From assembly GCA_963827685.1 (NCBI GenBank), contig CAWHBU010000003.1:64001-128000 (forward strand): a DNA stretch of 64,000 nt, read 5' to 3'. This DNA comes from an uncultured delta proteobacterium. Its GTDB lineage: Bacteria > Desulfobacterota > BSN033 > UBA1163. Of this stretch, positions 38,910-49,327 are shown one piece after another. The notes under the pieces are model-generated. The model saw only the letters and a program-made list of their open reading frames with translations, was not told where the DNA came from and searched no databases. A program made the position numbers and the translations under genes. Within the stretch, counting starts at the first letter, position 1. Each line of letters begins with the position of its first letter.

Positions 38910-39289
38910 ACCTATGGTGGTTCGAGCCTACCCATGGAAGGAATTGAGCACAAGTGGGCAAGCATAAACCATTAGATACTTATCATTGAAATCTGAGAAT
39001 CTATCTCTAACATTTAAAACAATCTCCCTATGAGCCTCCCCTCCCCACGGTGGGAGGGGATGAAGGGGAGGGGGAACCAATCGATTTTGTCCACCCCCAC
39101 CCTGACCCTCCCCCATTGAAGGAGGAGGGAATATACAGGGTAAATTTCAAATATCTTTAGTTAGATTTTAATCCATGCACAAATCTGCCGGTCTGTTCAG
39201 CGAATCCTCCTGATCTCAATCCATGCGGAACCTATTTGTCCGTTTTATGCCCAACCCCTTTGGTCTTTTCTCAATGCAGAAAAATCCTT

Positions 39290-40102
39290 TCAATACTTCA
39301 TGCCTGGTAGGTTCAGGGAGGCCGTGTTCCCGCCGTCGACAGGAAGAGCCTGGCCCGTAATATAACTGGCTTCATCGCTGGCCAGGAAAAGAATCGCATA
39401 AGCTACCTCCTCCGGCAGTCCATAGCGCCGCAGCTCGCAGCGGCTACCCAGTTTATCAAACTTCCCCCTCGCCCGGGCCAGGTCAAAAACTGGCTTGGTC
39501 ATGCCTGTCTCGATCAGACCCGGACAGACGGCGTTCACCCGAACATTGCAGCCCCCGAGGTCGCAAGCGGCGGTCTGGGTGAAGTTGATTAGGGCTGCTT
39601 TACTGGCACTGTAAGCATTGCCCCCGGCCCCCGACCGGATTCCAGCCACTGAAGCCGTATTCACAATCGCCCCTGATTTGCGTTCCTGCATATGTTTGGC
39701 CACATGTTTTGTCGCGAAGACCGCGCCCAAAACATTGACCTCATAAACTTTGCGCCAGTCATCTTCAGCTTGTTCTTCCAAATTGGCGATCTGTCCCGTT
39801 ATTCCTGCATTGTTGCAAAGAATGTCGATCCGGGAGTAGGTCCGGAGAGCTAAGTCGATCAGCCCTTTGACTTCCTCTTCAATGGCCACACTCGTTTTTC
39901 TTATGATCGCCTCCCCACCCTCTTTCTCAACGAGCTTCAAAGTTTCCTTCAGTCCTTCTTCATATACATCTGCCAGGGCGAGTTTGGCTCCTTCTCTGGC
40001 AAAAAGGATTGCCGCAGCACGGCCAATACCGCTGGCAGCCCCTGTGATAATGGCGACCTTTCCATCCAAACGACCCCTTTTATCGATCTTCATGATCTTC
40101 AC
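39290..40102 (-). CDS. SDR-family oxidoreductase
   Basis: TGAASGIG, NNAG, YSASK, VDGG. Confidence 0.93.
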   Translation of the reverse strand: MKIMKIDKRGRLDGKVAIITGAASGIGRAAAILFAREGAKLALADVYEEGLKETLKLVEKEGGEAIIRKTSVAIEEEVKGLIDLALRTYSRIDILCNNAGITGQIANLEEQAEDDWRKVYEVNVLGAVFATKHVAKHMQERKSGAIVNTASVAGIRSGAGGNAYSASKAALINFTQTAACDLGGCNVRVNAVCPGLIETGMTKPVFDLARARGKFDKLGSRCELRRYGLPEEVAYAILFLASDEASYITGQALPVDGGNTASLNLPGMKY

Positions 40103-40155
40103 CCCCAGAGTGATTTTGTTTTAGCAGATATTTGGGATTTGGAATTCGTCACAGG

Positions 40156-43008
40156 CTACTCATAAATCTCCTGAAGCAGCTCCAGGATCTTCTGCTGGCT
40201 CGGACTGGTGGGATCCGTGGCCATATTCACTGCATCCCTGGAGGCATAAAATGCAATTTTCTTCAAGTCGTCTTTTGGGATGCCGTGAGCCTTTAGGCTG
40301 ATAGGAATATCAAGCTTTCTATAGAGATCAAGCAAGCTTGCCTCCAAATCATTTGAGCGGCTGAGAAGTTGCGCCATGTCCATAAACTGCTCTTTGCAAG
40401 TCTCTTTATTGGCCTTCACAAAACAGAGAAGCCCATAGATGGCTGCCCGGCCATGAGGCATATGGTAATGAGCGCCAAGAACGTGTGTGATGGCATGTCC
40501 CATGCCTAACCCCTTCAGGAAGGCGAGGCCGCCGCACATCGCCGACATGCACATATCGGTACGTGCGGCGATATCATTCCGGTCCTGATATACCCGAGGG
40601 AGACTTCGTCCGATCAACTTTATCCCGTAAACCGCATAGGACTCAAAATAAGGGTGATAGGGGGTCGCCAATGAAACGTACCCCTCAATGCAATGAGCCA
40701 GTGCATCGATTCCCGACTCGACTGTAAGGCCGGCTGGCATCGTCTTACAGTAGACGGGATCAATCACCGCCAGTTTGGGAATTAAGTGATTATTCATTAA
40801 TACAATTTTTAGGTCTCTCTCCTTATCCGTTACCACTGCGCAAGGATTCACCTCGCTTCCTGTCCCTGAAGTAGTAGGGATGCAGATGATTGGCGGGAGA
40901 ATAGGCTTAATCTTGCCACCTCCGCCCACAATACCTTCAAACTCTCTCATCTCACCGGGGTGCGATACCCTAAGCCCAACTGTTTTTGCGGTATCCATCG
41001 AACTCCCGCCCCCGAGGCCCAATATTCCATCACACCCATTATCTAAGTATATCTTCCCGGCCCGCTCGATGAGTTCAATGGAAGGATCAGGCTCCACCTC
41101 CGAAAAAATAACCGTCGATATGCCACTTGACTCCAAAATCTTACGAACTTCGTCAGCCCTTCCCAATGAGAACATAACAGGATCGGTTGTCAGCAATACC
41201 TTCTTTACTCTTAGCTGACGGATCCGCTGCCCTATATTCTCAGCAACACCCGCGCCAAACATAATATCGGGCAGCGGCGGTATGCGGACTTCCCAAGCCT
41301 TTTCCTTTTCCTGATACGAATCCAATCCCTTCCAGATGTTTCTCATCTCTGCATCATCAACATCAAAAACCTGATCCGTCGGAGTAATGGTTTCCTCTCG
41401 GATAAAGACAGCGGCTTTCGAATCCATTTTGCCGAACTCGGCCTTTTCATTGAAAGCGAGCTGGTCTCGCAGAGTCTGCTTACCAACCTCCATGATATCC
41501 TTGGGAGTCAACTGGAGCCCATATCTCGCATTCATGAGATCTGCGAAAAATTGATAAACGGATGCACGGCCGCCAGGAACAGAATTTAAACAGTAGCCAA
41601 ATGCATCGCAGGTGGCTGCCTGAATCTGAGATCTGAGCGAATTTTCAGCCTGCTTGTCTTTGTTCTTGGGAATCCGGTAAGTCAGTCCTGCCGTGTGATC
41701 CGCTCCCATGGGGCTCGTGAAATAGGTAACACCGGTTCCCTTGACCGATCTGGGATCATGGCCGGGTATGGCTTGCCCCTTATAAGCCGGTACACGACTT
41801 ACGTTCAAATACTTTGCTGTGGCCACCACACCGTTGCCCAAGGCCACGCCAAGCGGCGTTTCCTCTTCGATCTCACCCAGAAGTCGGGCAGCGGATTCCC
41901 AATCTCCAAATGACATTTTCCCAGCATCCGCAGCGACACCAAGACTGCTTCCTGTTTCTATGGCATCGACCCCAAGATCGTCACACATGAACTTGAGCCT
42001 CGCAATGGCATCATTATCGATAATGCCCAGATTGCTTCCAAGCAATGCTATCGTTTCATATTCGTAGGCAGAGCAGAGTCGTTTCCCATCTTTGTCGGGA
42101 TAGATGATGGAACACTTTACAACGCAGCCGGGCATGCAGCCGTGCATCTTGCCGCCGCGTTCAAAGAGAATCTCCTGTATTCTATTGCCGCTCACGGCGA
42201 TGAAGTTGTTAGGTGTGCCCGAACGGTAATTATTCGATACCAGGGTTCCTTGGTTAGCGGAATTGTTGATAGCAAATGGGGTGCCGAAACGGGAATACAA
42301 GCTGCAGCTAACATCATGTTTGAGGGTATGAATCCATGATTTTACGACCTTTCGAAATTCCTCCGGATGGGCCATATCAACCTGTCCAGCCTGAGAAGGA
42401 TCAATAATAATCGCCTTGAGTCCTTTCGATCCCATCACTGCACCGAGTCCACCCCTCGCGGCGTTCCGAGACGGATCGCCAAAGATATCCGTAAAGGAGA
42501 CCGACGCTCCTTTGTATTTCCGCTCCCCGGCAATTCCAGTAGATATTACAGCCACTTTTTCACCGTATTTTTTCCGCAGCTTGCCCACCAATTCATAATT
42601 CTTCATGTGGCGGTATTCATCCGCGGGAATGAATGCTGTCTTGTCTTTGGAGACAAATAGGCAGTATAATCGATGATTCCGGGGTCTGCCCTGAACAATA
42701 ATAGCGCGAATTCCAAGTCGGTCGAGGATTTGTGCGGCCGGGCCTCCCGAGTTTGCCTCTTTTATGCCCAGCGTGAGGGGGCTCTTTGCGCCAACGGATA
42801 TGCGCCCAAGTTGTGGCGCTCCAGTGCCCGCCAGAGGGCCTACGGCAACGATAAAGAGATTGTCAGGACCGAGCGGATCAGTAGTCGGAGGAACCTCTTT
42901 GTTCATGATCTTGGCAATTAAGGCACTGCCTCCAATGGTCTTCCACTCCTCCTTTATATTTTCGAATGAAATCTTTTCATTTTTCATGTCCACCCTTAGA
43001 ATCTTCAC
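40156..43008 (-). CDS. Fusion of aldehyde:ferredoxin oxidoreductase (W/Mo-pterin AOR) and iron-containing alcohol dehydrogenase
   Basis: N-terminal ~570 aa: KSPLT, ANSGG, GAVMGSKGLKA, CMPGCVVKC, EYET, DDLGVD, DPR, GADH. C-terminal ~375 aa: GGGSSMD, PTTSGTGSE, DALAH, HAITH..PHG. Confidence 0.9.
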   Translation of the reverse strand: MKILRVDMKNEKISFENIKEEWKTIGGSALIAKIMNKEVPPTTDPLGPDNLFIVAVGPLAGTGAPQLGRISVGAKSPLTLGIKEANSGGPAAQILDRLGIRAIIVQGRPRNHRLYCLFVSKDKTAFIPADEYRHMKNYELVGKLRKKYGEKVAVISTGIAGERKYKGASVSFTDIFGDPSRNAARGGLGAVMGSKGLKAIIIDPSQAGQVDMAHPEEFRKVVKSWIHTLKHDVSCSLYSRFGTPFAINNSANQGTLVSNNYRSGTPNNFIAVSGNRIQEILFERGGKMHGCMPGCVVKCSIIYPDKDGKRLCSAYEYETIALLGSNLGIIDNDAIARLKFMCDDLGVDAIETGSSLGVAADAGKMSFGDWESAARLLGEIEEETPLGVALGNGVVATAKYLNVSRVPAYKGQAIPGHDPRSVKGTGVTYFTSPMGADHTAGLTYRIPKNKDKQAENSLRSQIQAATCDAFGYCLNSVPGGRASVYQFFADLMNARYGLQLTPKDIMEVGKQTLRDQLAFNEKAEFGKMDSKAAVFIREETITPTDQVFDVDDAEMRNIWKGLDSYQEKEKAWEVRIPPLPDIMFGAGVAENIGQRIRQLRVKKVLLTTDPVMFSLGRADEVRKILESSGISTVIFSEVEPDPSIELIERAGKIYLDNGCDGILGLGGGSSMDTAKTVGLRVSHPGEMREFEGIVGGGGKIKPILPPIICIPTTSGTGSEVNPCAVVTDKERDLKIVLMNNHLIPKLAVIDPVYCKTMPAGLTVESGIDALAHCIEGYVSLATPYHPYFESYAVYGIKLIGRSLPRVYQDRNDIAARTDMCMSAMCGGLAFLKGLGMGHAITHVLGAHYHMPHGRAAIYGLLCFVKANKETCKEQFMDMAQLLSRSNDLEASLLDLYRKLDIPISLKAHGIPKDDLKKIAFYASRDAVNMATDPTSPSQQKILELLQEIYE

Positions 43009-43205
43009 ATCTATTTCTCCTCTCTGCCTAAGTCAAAACGATCTCTGTTGGATTAAGTGTAACATAGAAGAAAAGGGAACATCTACACTTTCTAAAAGAC
43101 GCTAAGATTGGCCGGTGAAGGCCCTCGTGAATCTATTACTCAATTGGCATATTGAGTATAGGTTCCGGCCTCTGATCGTTTTTCCCTTAAAAAAAAGCAG
43201 ACCAT

Positions 43206-43423
43206 AAGACCCCACGGGCAAAGCCCGTGGTACCTCCATGAAATACCCGCCTACGCCCATGGACGCTGAAACGCTTCGGTGCGCAAGTGCCAGGGCTTCG
43301 GCGGGTTATCCGCCGGTAGCGGAATCCGCCGTAGCATTAACCTAGGGGCACAGGAATGACTAAACCACGGAGTCCGCATTCATCCACGGGCAAAGCCCGT
43401 GGTCTTCTGCGTAGGCGGATAAA
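43206..43423. mobile_element. Non-autonomous IS200/IS605-like element
   Basis: Identical hairpin ccacgggcaaagcccgtgg at 43212 and 43384 in direct orientation; no ORF. Confidence 0.6.
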
Positions 43424-43494
43424 AGACCGACCCTGGGAGACCTCGACCAAGAGTGTTTTGGTGTGAAGAGGTGGAGGAAGCTATGAACCGTCAA

Positions 43495-44286
43495 TTAACG
43501 GCTGGGGCATACGAACCACGGATAGCGGGTAAATTCCTTGTATCCCATTCTTTTATAGACGGGTTCACCATATATACTCGCCTGCAAAATAACACAGCGA
43601 GCACCGAGCTCGAGGGCAGCGTTTCCAACCGCACGTGTGCAGTGCTCGGCTAAACCCATTCCGCGTGCAGCTTCAACAGTACCTACATAATAGATGCCTG
43701 CAATGCTATGACTCATGAGAGCCAAAGCAGAGGAAGCGGGTTTGTTGTCTTGGTATGCCACAACCGCATAAAGATGGAGGACGAGAAAAGCGCTCGGGTC
43801 ACTAAAGACGCTTCTACCCACATCCTCAGGCAATCCAAGTCTGGTGTAGCTGAGCGCTACCACCTCAGCAAAGTCATTAACCATGGCCTTATTTATAACA
43901 TGCCGCAAGGTCACGCCGTCCGATAAGGGTTTATCTTCAAGCATACCCTTAATGAACATACCAGGAAGGTTTGATATCTGGTAGAGATTAAGCTCTTTAC
44001 ACTTTTCGAATAGATCCTTATCAATATGTGCCCGGACAATGATGGTAAAGGACCGCTTGCGCTCTGCAAAGAATGTCTTTGCCTGAGAAATGAGCCGATC
44101 AGGGGATGATTGTAGTTGTCTGCCAACCCTTATGACGAAGTTAACTGCCGGGAATGTGTCCGCTCCACAAACAAAAAGAATATCCCCTCGCTCAGCCATA
44201 TCGATATTTGGATTCCACCTGGAAATCTCACGATGGGATTCAGCCAAGTTTAGATCACTCAAATGAAGCAGTTCATCTTGGTTCAT
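43495..44286 (-). CDS. GNAT-family acetyltransferase
   Basis: AGIYYVGTVEAARGMGLA, LQAS..GEPVYKRMGY. Confidence 0.85.
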   Translation of the reverse strand: MNQDELLHLSDLNLAESHREISRWNPNIDMAERGDILFVCGADTFPAVNFVIRVGRQLQSSPDRLISQAKTFFAERKRSFTIIVRAHIDKDLFEKCKELNLYQISNLPGMFIKGMLEDKPLSDGVTLRHVINKAMVNDFAEVVALSYTRLGLPEDVGRSVFSDPSAFLVLHLYAVVAYQDNKPASSALALMSHSIAGIYYVGTVEAARGMGLAEHCTRAVGNAALELGARCVILQASIYGEPVYKRMGYKEFTRYPWFVCPSR

Positions 44287-44713
44287 CTCGTTTCCCCTTT
44301 GTAAAATTGACCTTCGCATCTTTCAATGACAGGTGGGCAGACCGTAACTTTCTATAGATTTATGCAACTTATTACACACACAGCACGTTCTGTCAAGAAA
44401 GAGACAGTCGGAATGTTCCTTGCTCAAACGCATTTTCGAAAAATGCGAAAGAAGCTTGGCATCGCGCAAAAGGGCTAACCAATCGATTAACTTCAAATGA
44501 ATCCAGCCTTGCACATAAAGGTTTATTTCGTCTCAGCAACATAAAAATAAATGTTCGACACCTCCCCGAAGTCTCCCCCATTCATCAGACCTGGTGCATC
44601 CTGATAAAACGCTTGCTTGTAGACGGAAATTATGATACGAGAAAGCCATGCAAACCAGACGATTGGCTGAGAACTGAAAGGTGAAGAATTATCTTAGTGC
44701 TTGAGGAGGCAGC

Positions 44714-44929
44714 ATGAAGTCCACTGTTCTAAAAACATTTTTGCTCGGGACTACTTTTGGGATAGGAATAACTATTTTATCTTTGTATACTCAAAAACCA
44801 GGTCGCTTGGCTGCTTCAATAGAAGCAATAGCAGAAAGGGGGCGAGCACGAAGAGCCAAAGAAGAAGAAAGGGAACTGCGGAGAGAAAGGCTGAAAGCAT
44901 TGGGCTTTTTGGACGAGGAAATCGATTAG
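44714..44929 (+). CDS. Small hypothetical membrane-anchored protein
   Basis: RBS gaggagg, one hydrophobic helix, charged helical tail. Confidence 0.6.
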   Translation: MKSTVLKTFLLGTTFGIGITILSLYTQKPGRLAASIEAIAERGRARRAKEEERELRRERLKALGFLDEEID

Positions 44930-45044
44930 ATCTTCTAGCCCATGCAAAATGGCATTTGGGATGAAAGACGGCATGAGAGGCAAGAAGAGACACCAAAAGT
45001 TCCTTCCGATTTAAAAAAGTTGTCCTTTATACGATATCCTAATT

Positions 45045-46769
45045 TTACTTCCTTGCTTCTTTCTCTGGTGTTGGAGACGGTTCTCTGCATTCGGACCTGG
45101 TCCACTCCTCGCTGAGTCTTTGCAGGTCCTGCTGCTGCTGCTGAATCGAGAAGTCCGCATATTCAGGGTCGCTTTTCCGATAAGCCTTCTCAATGAAGGC
45201 AATGGATTCGTGGGTGGTGCGAGTCTGTGCGTGGATCATCTCACACTTCTTCAAGCCCCAACGGGCTTCGATGGAGTCCTCCGGATGCGGGGAAGGCCAG
45301 GCTTTTTTCTTCGGCGTCGGAGGTGGTTCTCTGCATTCAGACCTGGTCCACTCCTCGCTGAGCCTTGCCAGGATCTGCTGCTGGTGCCGAATCGAGAAGT
45401 CAGCATAGGCAGCGTCTCTTTTCCGATAAGCCTTCTCAATGAAAGCAATGGATTCGTGGGTGGTGCGAGTCTGTGCGTGGATCATCTCACACTTCTTCAA
45501 GCCCCAACGGGCTTCGATGGAATCCTCCGGATGCGGGGAAAACCAAAGATGGTTCTGATAGATATGATAGAGCGTGACCGAATGGTTCTCTGAGATATCG
45601 ATCGAAACGGCCTCCATCATCCCTTTCGCCATTTCTGGGTCGAGATGGTTCGATTCGATGATCTGCGAAAGATGATCCATCAGTAAGAGGATCATTCCGT
45701 CACGGCCCGTGGTACTGTGAATCTCCCACAATGCCGAGGGTTCTGGACAGCCCCCACGGCGACACCGCTGGTATCCTGCCAGAACAATGGGAACCCTCTC
45801 CCTGAGAAGGCGGGTGATCGTTCCCATCACCTTTTCCATCTTCTCCATAGGGGCATAGTTTGTTGGATCGATCCTCCTGGCCACGGCCTCGACAAAGTCG
45901 GCACCGCTCTCACAGAAGTCAGAGGAATATTGCTCTTCGGAATAAAAGGGGTGCTCTTTGACAGGGAGATATCTCCATTCGCCGTTTTCAGAAACAGGCC
46001 ATCGGAACTTCACAAGACCTGACCAGATTTTGGATTCCGGTCTCGGCGAAAAAAAATATCTCAAACTCAGTTTTTGAACCTTCACTGGAGGCGACGACTC
46101 CCAGGTCTGAAGAGGATGGGCCTGGCTTCCGTCGAGGAAGACATGGCCGATAATCCCGGCATGGGCGTTTGTCTCTAAAAATACCGTTCCGGGTGTGACC
46201 GAATCAGGAGTAATGCGGACAGGATAGGTGTCGAGAGGGAGCGTGCCTGTCCAGGTCTTCGAAAGGAGGTAGAGAAGGGCTGTACGGAAACGGTCGTCTC
46301 TGTGCCACTCCGGGTGGGTTGGAAGATGCTTCCAGTCCGTGGACCAGTGGCCGATCTGTCTGCCATCTAACATGGTAGCGGCAGCGGGAAGATGGGCGAT
46401 CCGGGCATAAATCCAGCGGATGGCATAGACGGCATCCGCACAATCTGTGGGAATCTTATAGCGAATAAAGAAATCCTCTGTAATCGTTTCATCCGCCCAT
46501 TTTTCAAACCGATGCTCTTCTTCAACCGTCCACCGGCGGTCGCCGACTTCCCAGACTTGATCAGGGGATTGAAGCTCCTCGCCCACAGGGCGGGGCTTCC
46601 CGGGCACGAAGTGGCGAGCAGGATGCGAGCAAAGGAAATTTTCATTCATATCGTGCCCCTTGATCCCGTCTACAAGACGGGGGTTCGGGGGCACGTACCG
46701 GCCATCCAGCGTCTGGCTGAAGCACGGAAAGGAAATAAAAACCATCAGAAAGAGAACAAAGAAAGGCAT
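45045..46769 (-). CDS. Exported hypothetical protein with a C-terminal 82-aa tandem duplication
   Basis: Signal-like N-terminus, DCAD and HAG motifs; SPHPEDSIEARWG...EEWTRSECREP occurs twice. Confidence 0.8.
   Translation of the reverse strand: MPFFVLFLMVFISFPCFSQTLDGRYVPPNPRLVDGIKGHDMNENFLCSHPARHFVPGKPRPVGEELQSPDQVWEVGDRRWTVEEEHRFEKWADETITEDFFIRYKIPTDCADAVYAIRWIYARIAHLPAAATMLDGRQIGHWSTDWKHLPTHPEWHRDDRFRTALLYLLSKTWTGTLPLDTYPVRITPDSVTPGTVFLETNAHAGIIGHVFLDGSQAHPLQTWESSPPVKVQKLSLRYFFSPRPESKIWSGLVKFRWPVSENGEWRYLPVKEHPFYSEEQYSSDFCESGADFVEAVARRIDPTNYAPMEKMEKVMGTITRLLRERVPIVLAGYQRCRRGGCPEPSALWEIHSTTGRDGMILLLMDHLSQIIESNHLDPEMAKGMMEAVSIDISENHSVTLYHIYQNHLWFSPHPEDSIEARWGLKKCEMIHAQTRTTHESIAFIEKAYRKRDAAYADFSIRHQQQILARLSEEWTRSECREPPPTPKKKAWPSPHPEDSIEARWGLKKCEMIHAQTRTTHESIAFIEKAYRKSDPEYADFSIQQQQQDLQRLSEEWTRSECREPSPTPEKEARK
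45079..45540. repeat. Intragenic tandem duplication, period 246 bp
   Basis: 45079-45294 is nearly identical to 45325-45540. Confidence 0.93.
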
Positions 46770-46812
46770 CGCTTCATATTAAAAAGAAGGACAGAAGATT
46801 GTGAACCCAAAG

Positions 46813-46957
46813 GTAATCCGTCAGTGACGGGTAATTATTGGTTATAAAGTTATCTTTTTTCCCCGTAGCGTCGGTATTTATTGCCGACGGACTCCGCCCT
46901 CAATCAATGAGGGCGCTACAATTATTATAAAAATCTTTCCCATCACTGACGCATTAC
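46813..46957. mobile_element. MITE-like element (19-bp TIR) with a nested GTAG REP doublet
   Basis: gtaatccgtcagtgacggg / cccatcactgacgcattac (2 mismatches) enclosing the REP at 46865-46919. Confidence 0.6.
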
Positions 46958-47033
46958 ACTCAAAGAACGGGCGGTTGGTCTTTTTGTAACTGAATCTGTC
47001 AAAGAAGCTTTCAATCTGGCTTTCCAATGAAAA

Positions 47034-47708
47034 CTATTTCAGACCCTTGAAGGCCGCCACTTCCCCTTTCAACCAGTCGATCCAACCCTTGATTCCCGCA
47101 CCGGTTTTGCAGGACACCTCCAGGATGGTGATGCGGGGATTCAGCACCAGGACCCGTTTCCGCAAGGCCGCCATGTCAAAATCACTGAGGGACAGATAAT
47201 CGATTTTATTGACTAGCAGAAGATCGCATACGGAGAACATCAGGGGGTACTTGAGGGGTTTGTCATCCCCCTCGGGAACGCTCAGGATCATCACGTTTTT
47301 GTGGGCTCCCGTGTCGAATTCGGCGGGACAGACCAGGTTCCCCACGTTTTCGATGATGACCAGATCCAGTTCGTTCACGGCCATAGCATCAATGCCCTGA
47401 GTGACCATGGTTGCGTCGAGATGGCAGAATCCTCCTGTCCTGAGCTGAATGACCGGTATGCCCTGGGCGGCGACCTTTTCCGCATCAACCGTTGACTCAA
47501 TATCCGCTTCGATAACGCCAAGCCGCACCGCACCTTCAAGGCCTTCGACCGTTTGGAGAATAAGGCTGGTCTTGCCCGAACCCGGCGAGGACATCAGATT
47601 CAAAAGCATCGTCTTTGTCTTCCGGAGGCGTTCCCGGACCTCTGCGGCCTGTTTAATGTTGTCGGAAAGGATCTCTTCCTTCACCTCTATGAGCCTGATA
47701 TCCTCCAC
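47034..47708 (-). CDS. hypB: Hydrogenase nickel incorporation GTPase HypB
   Basis: SSPGSGKT, TGGFCHLDA, ENVGNLVCPAEFD, EGDDKPLKYP, NKID. Confidence 0.96.
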   Translation of the reverse strand: MEDIRLIEVKEEILSDNIKQAAEVRERLRKTKTMLLNLMSSPGSGKTSLILQTVEGLEGAVRLGVIEADIESTVDAEKVAAQGIPVIQLRTGGFCHLDATMVTQGIDAMAVNELDLVIIENVGNLVCPAEFDTGAHKNVMILSVPEGDDKPLKYPLMFSVCDLLLVNKIDYLSLSDFDMAALRKRVLVLNPRITILEVSCKTGAGIKGWIDWLKGEVAAFKGLK

Positions 47709-48058
47709 TACTGCACCTCCATCTCCTTGATGGTGTATTCTCTTCCAGAAAGAAGCGTGCCGCCCTTCTCCCCGCAGGCAGGACAGACAAGCTCGCCCAT
47801 TCTTGCCTTCTCCGCTTCATAGGACGTGGAACAGGCATGACACTGTACCACCATGGGCGTCCTTTCAATTTTGAGCTTCGCCCCCTCCGCTACGGTGCCC
47901 TTGCTCAGGTAATCGAAATAACGCTGAATCCAATCGTCTTCGAGATCGCTGAGCTTGCCCACCTGCAGGTGAATGGTCATCACCTTCTGGACGCTGTTCA
48001 TTTCGGCGTGTTTCAGCACAATCTTCAGGATACTCTCCGTGATCGCAAGTTCATGCAT
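47708..48058 (-). CDS. hypA: Nickel metallochaperone HypA
   Basis: MHELAI start, CxxC...CPxC, SGRE. Confidence 0.95.
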   Translation of the reverse strand: MHELAITESILKIVLKHAEMNSVQKVMTIHLQVGKLSDLEDDWIQRYFDYLSKGTVAEGAKLKIERTPMVVQCHACSTSYEAEKARMGELVCPACGEKGGTLLSGREYTIKEMEVQ

Positions 48059-48333
48059 ACTGATACTTTTCCACTTCTCCGTCAAAATAATTTGGCTGTC
48101 TTTCTTACCCAGGCATTGATTAGGTTTCAAGGACTCGCCGGTAATTGGTGAGCCTGTTTCGCCGTGCTCTTTTTTGGCATCACTGCCCCTATTTGGGTCA
48201 TCCTATACCATTAAAAGAATATTTTAAAGCTTTAATATGACTTCGTGAAACCTTGCCTCTGTTTGCCCTTGACACAAAGGTCTTTTTTTTTGATACTAAC
48301 GTAAATATAGGTGGAAGGAGGAGGACACAAAAA

Positions 48334-49327
48334 ATGGCGGACATGACACTTTGTCGGCAACTGGCCGAAGCGCTTGGTGCAGGTGAGTCTCCCTTGATTA
48401 AGAAGATTTTTGAGACCCTTGTCAATGACGATGAGGCGAAGGTTTTGCTGGCGGCAGCGCCGCCGGCAACAACGGAGGAGATCAGCCAGAAAACGGGACT
48501 CCATCAGGAAACGATCAAGAGCATGATGGAATCCTTGTTCAAGAGGGGGCTTATATTCAAAACGAAAAAGGGTGAGGAAATGAAGTACTATCGCGTGAAA
48601 ACCGTTCCTCAGATGCACGATGCGACCATCCTTACCCTCGGTATATCGAGGGAGGTGCTGGATCTCTGGAAAGCCTATATGGAAAAGGAATGGCCGGAAT
48701 ATGGCCAGAAAATCATGAATTTCCTTCCCGGTTCCCTCATGCGTGTGATTCCGGTAAACGAAAGCATCGAGCCGGGATCGCGGATACTCGCCTATGAAGA
48801 TGTGATCAAGATCATCGAGAATGCCCGAACCCTGAGTGTCACGAAATGTTCGTGTCGCGTAATTGACGGCGCCTGCGGAAAACCACTGGAAGTCTGCATA
48901 CAGGTGGATCGCGCGGCCGAATACAACCTGGAGAGGGGTACGGGAAGGGCTTTGTCCAAAGGAGAGGCCATTGAAATGCTGAAAATGTGCGAGGAAAAAG
49001 GGCTCGTTCATGTCGCCGACAATCGCCAGGTGGTGGGCCATGTCATCTGTAATTGCTGCAGGGACTGCTGTATGAACTGGCCCATCATGACGGGTCCGAA
49101 AAAATGGGTCGCCCCCAGCCGCTTCGAGGCCGTAGTAGATCCCGATTTGTGTACGGCCTGTGAAACCTGTCTGGAGCGATGCTTCTTCGACGCCATTGCT
49201 GTGAATGACAATCTGGCCGTCGTGAATGCAGAAAAAATGCATGGGATGCGGCGTTTGCACGGTCTCCTGCCCCACGGAGGCGCTGCGGCTCAAAGAGGTC
49301 CGAGCTGCCGATTTCGTCCCGGCTTGA
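48334..49327 (+). CDS. 4Fe-4S binding protein (N-terminal HTH-like) with a frameshift in the A6 run at 49232-49237
   Basis: CSCR, GLVH, ICNCCRDCC, CTACETCLERC. Removing one A restores KCMGCGVCTVSCP...FVPA*. Confidence 0.85.

Noticed and set aside
48232-49293. 353-aa antisense ORF (and similar ones such as 15631-16245, 13758-14324, 59942-60547)
   Set aside because: Shadow frames opposite well-supported genes, with no motifs or RBS.
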